A stretch of DNA of 64,000 bases from Takakia lepidozioides. Taxonomy: Eukaryota; Plantae; Bryophyta. The DNA lies in assembly GCA_030704615.1 (NCBI GenBank), contig CM060734.1, positions 50,964,001 to 51,028,000 of the forward strand, in the 5' to 3' direction. Numbering within the stretch: the stretch's first letter is position 1; each line of letters opens with the position of its first letter. The position numbers and the translations under genes were made by a program. The notes under the pieces are model-generated. The model worked only from the letters and a program-made list of their open reading frames with translations, did not search any database and was not told the origin of the DNA. Below, one piece after another: positions 57,813-64,000 of this stretch.

Positions 57813-60800
57813 TATAAGAAACTGCAAACTTTTGTATGGTTTACATAATATTGTATGGTTTACAGAATAGAAGTTAGAACTAGTTGTTGTATAGTTAGTT
57901 GAGAAGCTTATTCAAATGTGTCGATGCAGGTTCTGTTTGATTCGAGGTCGTCGACGCTCTAAAAGTACCCCAATTAGGATCAGATTATCGCCTCTCGGAT
58001 TTGTCTAAAGCACTGGGGATTAATGTCCTGGACTTTATGTTCATGCATATATGCAAAGCCATATAGAGCGCATGTGGCCTGCACATAGACACCTGGAGCC
58101 TGTGATCTCTCCTGTGGAATCGTCCGCTGCCACACACTTTCAGCACCTCTTTGCAAAAACAGCTCTTGCATATCTCACTGTTTTGGTCTCTTGTCCTGTT
58201 CGACCGTCTTGAGTTGCCTTCATTTTGCGCCCACAAAGGCATGGCCAAGCGTTCGCACTGTAGGCGCATGATTTGACCGTCAAGGGCCGAAATGGCTGCA
58301 TTCAAGTCTCTTAGCCTCCCTCCCTCTATCACCTTCCCTCAATTCGACACTCACAGGGAGAGAGTGGGGGACAGCAGGGTGGAGTCACGAGGATGGGGAA
58401 AAGATAGAAGGCAACCACTGAGACTAGCGTGTTCTAGTGCCGAAGCTGCTTACACATCATCTCCGGCTGTACAGGAGGGCCCTCCCACGATCGACCTGGA
58501 GTTTGTTGGGGTATGTTTGGGGTTGAAAGCTGCAATTCTCCATACATTGCAAAGATTCTGTCTTGTTTTGCTTAGATGAGCGCTCTCATTGGTATATCTG
58601 CATCGCACAATATGCTCGAGATAAAGTTCCAAAGAATGGAGATGAGAGTTCGATCTCTGCTTTAGTTTCTATTCTATTGGGTGCATCCGCCAGCTTCTAT
58701 AACAGATAGCCGAGGTCATTATAATCCGTAAGCCAAGATTCTGGCAGTTCACAATCTGAAAAAGTACATCTGGAATTGAGAATTTGTTGACAGTAGCAGA
58801 TACCAATTGACAGGCTCACTTCATGCACCTTCAATGCAAGACTTCACAGACAAAAAGATAGACGAAAGTTTCAATTTTGATTCAAAGCACAGGCATGTGA
58901 AAGTGAGGAGGCTTTACCGGACCTGACACGGTAAGGAACGACAACAAGAAGGGGCAGGTAAGCAATGTATAACCGTGGGAGTGAAGAGGACTGCACGTGA
59001 TATCAGAATGGGAAGAGATTTGAAGTCACTACTCATAACTGCAAAGACAGCAAGCTGAGTGCTGTTCCTGAAAGGCAGGTATGATCTTGCTTTGATCACA
59101 AGCCAGTTTTATTGGCGTTTTTTGGCAGCCTGAGGAGGGTTCAGAAGTAGCCAAAGTGTCGGCCGTGAGTGGGGAGAAATTGCTGAGGAACATCATGCTG
59201 GACAGTAAGCTGGAGCTCTATTCACTTTGGGTATGCGCCAGAAAGGCCTTATTAGAATGTGAAAATTTGCCATAACACTGTATAGTCGTATCCATATTTA
59301 CCGGTTGGTTTGTCAGTGGGCCTATGAGAGGTTTGGAGACATTTCTTGACATCCCCTTGCATGAATCAGAGCCAACGCAAGCAGAGGAGACAATGTTGCA
59401 CTTCTCCCCAGGATTTGATTTCTGTGCCCTATGACAATCATTTGGGGGACTTCATAGTCATACAAAAAGAGAGGGTGTTAGCAGCAGTTTTGGCCAGACC
59501 AAACTCCAGCATGCCTTGAAAAATAGACAGAAGTCTCTCATGCTTTTAGGGTGCAACCATGTGGCAACAGGGGAAAGTAATGAACTGTGGAGGAGGAGGC
59601 AGCTGTGGCACTTGCATTGTACAGGTGGGTACATGATTTACTACTTTGTATGAGACGGCTGTTGTTGTATACTCTTGTAGGATATACAAGTATTTGGCTA
59701 GGTTTCTATGTACTTCCACCCACCCCATGCACACTCAGACTAGTCTGGGGCTTGTAAGACCCCCCAGCACTCTCAGGGGGACCTTTTTCTTGGCTTTACA
59801 CCTTTAGTCTGAGCCAGTTAGGTCGATTCGATATATATTCCTAAATGTTTTAAAAGGTGATGTGCTGCATGTGTGGACACAGATCTTGGAGGGCCAAGAG
59901 TTGTTGAATGAACGCACAGATACAGAGTATCGACTCTTGAAGAAGGTACATCTGGCTGTGTGTTTCTTTGTGCCTTTTATATGAACAGTGGTGAATGGTC
60001 CTAGACCCATCTTAATCTGTTCCAAGCCAAGGGGAGCACTGCTGAAAGCAAGCTCAAATCTTTCGATGTGACAGCACTGCCAACATATGAATCAAAACTA
60101 TGCAACCTGATTGAGGCCATCACAAGTCACATACACTCTGGCGGGCTGGAACCCATGACCAGCTCTGGGAATGTTAGTATCAAGTGGGATGTTACCCTCC
60201 AAGGTGCATGATATAGTTCACAAGGAAAGGCCAATGAGTGCTCTGTCTCTGTCTCTCTCTCTCTCTCTCATTTCTGTTTTCTCCTGTGTCCCATAGATCT
60301 CCTCTACTTCTCTACAGCACCACAAGGCTACTGCAGGGTTTCAATGTCATTCCTCCATGACTATTATGAAACGAAGTGAAGCAGATTAGTATCTCCATGA
60401 AGGGGATACTTTCTTTCAAGACCGATGCCTTCCTCCCCTTCCAGATCTAATATGATGGGAATGAGGAATGTTGTGGTGCAGAAGCCGGAGAGTTGGAGGC
60501 TTGCTTGTCAAACAATTGTAGGCGACAAGTCCAACAGTGGCAAGGTGGGTTTGGATGTACACTCTGCCATTGCATCCACTTGTGTCTCTGCTCACCAAAC
60601 ACTTTTCTGGAGACTCTGGAGTAGCTCTTCAAGGGGGCCATTGATTTCTTGCTGCTAACACATCAGTAGCCTATCGCACTCTTCATAGCCTGGCTGCTCC
60701 ATACGAGGTAAGATTAGTATGGGGGCACTGATTACATGGGTCTTGTTCTGGCACATGGCAGGTGGTGGTACAACGACAACCACAGAAAACATGATCACTG

Positions 60801-61767
60801 GCCACATTGTACAGTGTCCATGCTCACATCATTTACTCCATTTATGGCTCAACTTCTAGTGTGATGAAAAGCAGTGGAATACTTCTGTGACACAACAGCA
60901 TCTTTGTCACCAATCAGACTCCCTATTTTCACAAACCATTCATGGCAGACCAGTGCTTCATTGTAATTCCAATGATTCTTTTGTAGCTATAGCTGGAATT
61001 ACAACCAGTCTTTCCAAAAAAATCAAAAAACAAGTCACAAGTTTCAGCAAGAGAAGGCATCTGCAGAATTCCAGGGAGATCACCTTTACATTCAGGAAAT
61101 TGTTACTGACACCGACACTAAAGCAGAGGGTATCCCTGTCCCTTGCTAAGCAAGTTCACAGTCACATACTCCCTCTGATCACACATGCTATGGCTGTCCT
61201 GAGTTGGTTTGGTTGGTCCCTTGAGAACAGCTCCCACATCATTCTTTCACGCAGCGAGGTTGAAAGTTTCTTGTGTCCTTTAATAAGTTTAGAACGTCCA
61301 ACCTATGGTTCACTTGGAAACATTCATAACCAGGAAAGTACCTAGGATTAGTAGAAGAAAATATAGTCCATGCTGTACTGAGCTGGAAATTGGTGGAACT
61401 AAGTTACAACTATGGGCATGACATCTGACCCCAACATGCTTGATAGGCGCACTTTCTTGTTTTCTTCATGCACTCTAGTATACAATCCTCTGCTCCACAT
61501 CATCATTCAGTGTCAGAAGTACTGTCCACACTATGCTGCTGTGAAACAGGTCATGGTTAAATGAAAAAGAATCAAATGAAAAAAGACATGCCTGGCAAAA
61601 TGAATGAAACCAAGAAACTGTGCAGAGTGTAAGCCGCCTGCTTTAGCAGTGGAGTTGTACTAGTGTATCACCACAAAATTGCCAGCATTGTGTGTGTCTA
61701 TGATGGAATACAGAAGGAACACACAGCCAGCAGGCAAGCCAACTGTCACAGTGATGTGGCACCAATG

Positions 61768-62992
61768 TTAGGGCCGTAGAGTTGCCTGCATTGCTGTTGC
61801 AATCTTGTCCAGTGCATCCCCAATCCGGTGCAAAGCGCCAATATACCCAGTGCCTAGTTTCATCTGAAGCTCAACAAGGTCTTTATGCTTCTCACGTTCA
61901 AATTGCATGGTTTGTTTGTGCCTGCTGTCTTTCCTGTCTTCTGACAATCGCAATGCCTCCACCATGCTCTTGTTGTTCCGTTCCAGTACACCTGCTATGC
62001 CATCCATGCCCACGGACTTCGGCCCCCCAGGTCTCCTTCGCTTCCCTGGGTGAGTGGGACCTACATCGTTCTCATCACTCTCGTCACCTACAGAACCCGA
62101 GAACTCCATATTGCTTGCTGCCAAGTACAATTTCTGCAATCAGTGTTTGACGGGCTCCATAAACTCACCTATCCATCACGAAGCCTACCACTATGCACCC
62201 GCAGAGCCCAGGAGCTGAGAAACACACATCCACTGTATGGCATTATTGCAAAGCTCCTAGCAGCATTGAAACCCAAGGAAGTGCCCTCCTAGCAAATGTC
62301 AATTTACCACCCATGATATCACATAATATGACTAGTACATGGTTAGTCTATAGGCAGGACAGTTCAAAGCATGCTCTGACCACTAACGTGTGCTTGAGCA
62401 TAAGATTCCCCCTACTGACTCCTAATGAAGGCAATCCTGCAGACAAAGTAGAAGGTGGCAACAACGCACCAGCACCTCGAGAGGGGGCCAACGCATCGAA
62501 AAGGACACCCGGTTCACCCGTCCGGCTCTTGACATACCACTCCTGGAGAGCAAGGAAAACCTCCTTGTGGAAATTAGGGGGTAATCGCATTTTCTTCTTC
62601 TCGTCACTCCCCAGTTGCCAGTATGATACCTGTCCCATAGGGTTCTGCTTCTCATAGTCACTTACCTTTTTGAAGCCCGCAGTGATGCCCTCCCACTTGT
62701 CCTGGCATTGACCTGCACTCCGCTGCACACCTTGAGACCAACACCGGTCTTCCATCCATTTCCAACGCTCATGCGCTGACCTATGCTTTTCTCGATTCCC
62801 ACCCTTGGATTGTCTCTCAAAATCCTCCCGCCTCACAGCCTGCAACACTAGTAGCTCCGACACAGTCCACATCCCTTTCTTGTAGTGCCGTATGTCATCA
62901 TCACCTTGCAGCTCCTCTGGCATTGCCTCCTCCATGTTGATTGCATCCTTGTTGTCCAGAACTCCTGGTGTGTTTTCATCATGAGTAGCCAT
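61768..62992 (-). CDS. Trihelix (GT/ASR3-like Myb/SANT) transcription factor, probably 2 coding exons
   Basis: WTVSELLVL...RWKWMEDRCWSQGVQRSAGQCQDKWEGITAGFKKVSDYE...SYWQL..EKKKMRLP, followed by a C-terminal coiled-coil-like exon (61768-~62120). The splice junction is uncertain. Confidence 0.8.
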
Positions 62993-64000
62993 AAGTTACC
63001 ACACAGACAGTGCCCACTTTTCAAGTGCTGTTAACTAGGTGAATCAGAGAAGCCAGGGGCTCACATGAGAGCTTCCAGATGAACTCCCAACACGGCTCCT
63101 TGTCACCCCAGCTTCCACCTCTGACGCTAATATTTTGTTGGGTCTGATGGCCCGTCTGCATTTAATGGCACTCCCGCCAAGCTCTAAACCACTGGTCTCT
63201 TAGGCTGACTGAACTTAAGCTCAGCTAAAAGCACAAGCCACCTCACAAAGAGATTAGATTTCAGGACGTAAAAATGGTCAGCGACACTCCCTCCACTTAG
63301 GCATGTCACCAATCCTCCATATGCTGGTCTGGGCTGCAGAAGACGACAGACTGGTCCCTCTCTGACCCTTTAATTTCTTATGCATAACACATACTGGAGC
63401 TTCCAATTGTGTCTGCTGTTGCCCCTCAGTTCTCACATGGTGGTAGCCTAGAACCCCCCTAAGAATGACATTATAAATGCTAATTGCCCACACTGAAGAC
63501 CTTCTCTGCTCTTTTGCATCCTCTGTGGACGTTGATACATCTGCTGCACGAGTCTGGCAACACCGTAAAGAAGATTGCACCTTCACCTGAACAAACCACA
63601 ACTGCTTGATCATTACACAAGAAGAACAGAAAAGAGTGAAGCATAAAGCTCACCTATGCAGTGCACTCTTTAGGTTTGTTCTACATGACAAGTCTGTAAT
63701 TCTCAGTTTCAGGGCACATGTACTAACTGTGCCGAAATGTCCGGGTTAACCGATGCTTCAATCAGTTTCCCTTCCCTCAGCATGCACCTCCCCCCTCACC
63801 CTTCTCCCTGGCAAAATCTTTCCTCCCTTGTACTTGGCCCCAGGGAGGGGTCTACTGCCTTGCATATTTCCCTCCCATTTTCCCCTTACATAAGAATCTA
63901 CTGGCTACTCTGAAAAGAAAAGGGATCCCTACCAACAGGAGTGCCCCACTTCACATATAGCAAGAGCTGTCCAGCTCATTTACAGGTCAACAGGGTTCAT

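Noticed and set aside
57900-61700. Scattered short ORFs between the LINE and the trihelix gene
   Set aside because: No recognisable domain or consistent exon chain could be seen by eye.

Overview
Nuclear DNA of a land plant, probably a non-seed plant with heavy organellar RNA editing (inferred from PLS-PPR expansion plus Replitron and CRE-like elements). Three conserved intron-containing genes are present: a GH36 raffinose-synthase/SIP-family gene (-, 9.7-14.2 kb), CTP synthase (+, 20.3-30.3 kb) and a trihelix transcription factor (-, 61.8-63.0 kb). The unusual content is one gene family found in many copies. Its members join organellar ssDNA-binding-protein (OSB)-type 'PDF' motifs (FFxDPxQWWDNR..NP..PD[F/Y]xHK..LW) to a PLS-class PPR array with E1/E2/(DYW) editing domains. 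The best-preserved copy is at 4.6-8.4 kb and has a 747-aa PPR ORF. Most other copies are shuffled fragments inside two head-to-tail, non-autonomous rolling-circle (Helitron2-like) elements at 36752-42209 and 42210-52225. These elements share termini, asymmetric terminal inverted repeats and a decayed T7 gp2.5/DUF2815-like SSB gene. A tandem array of the PDF exon with an internal inversion (34.1-36.5 kb) could form long hairpins. Also present are a decayed Replitron HUH endonuclease, a pogo-like transposase remnant, a near full-length CRE-like RLE LINE, other LINE fragments, a SINE interrupted by a hAT-type MITE, and an LTR-like repeat. All family assignments are by eye from motifs; no searches were run, and exon and element edges other than the quoted junctions are approximate.
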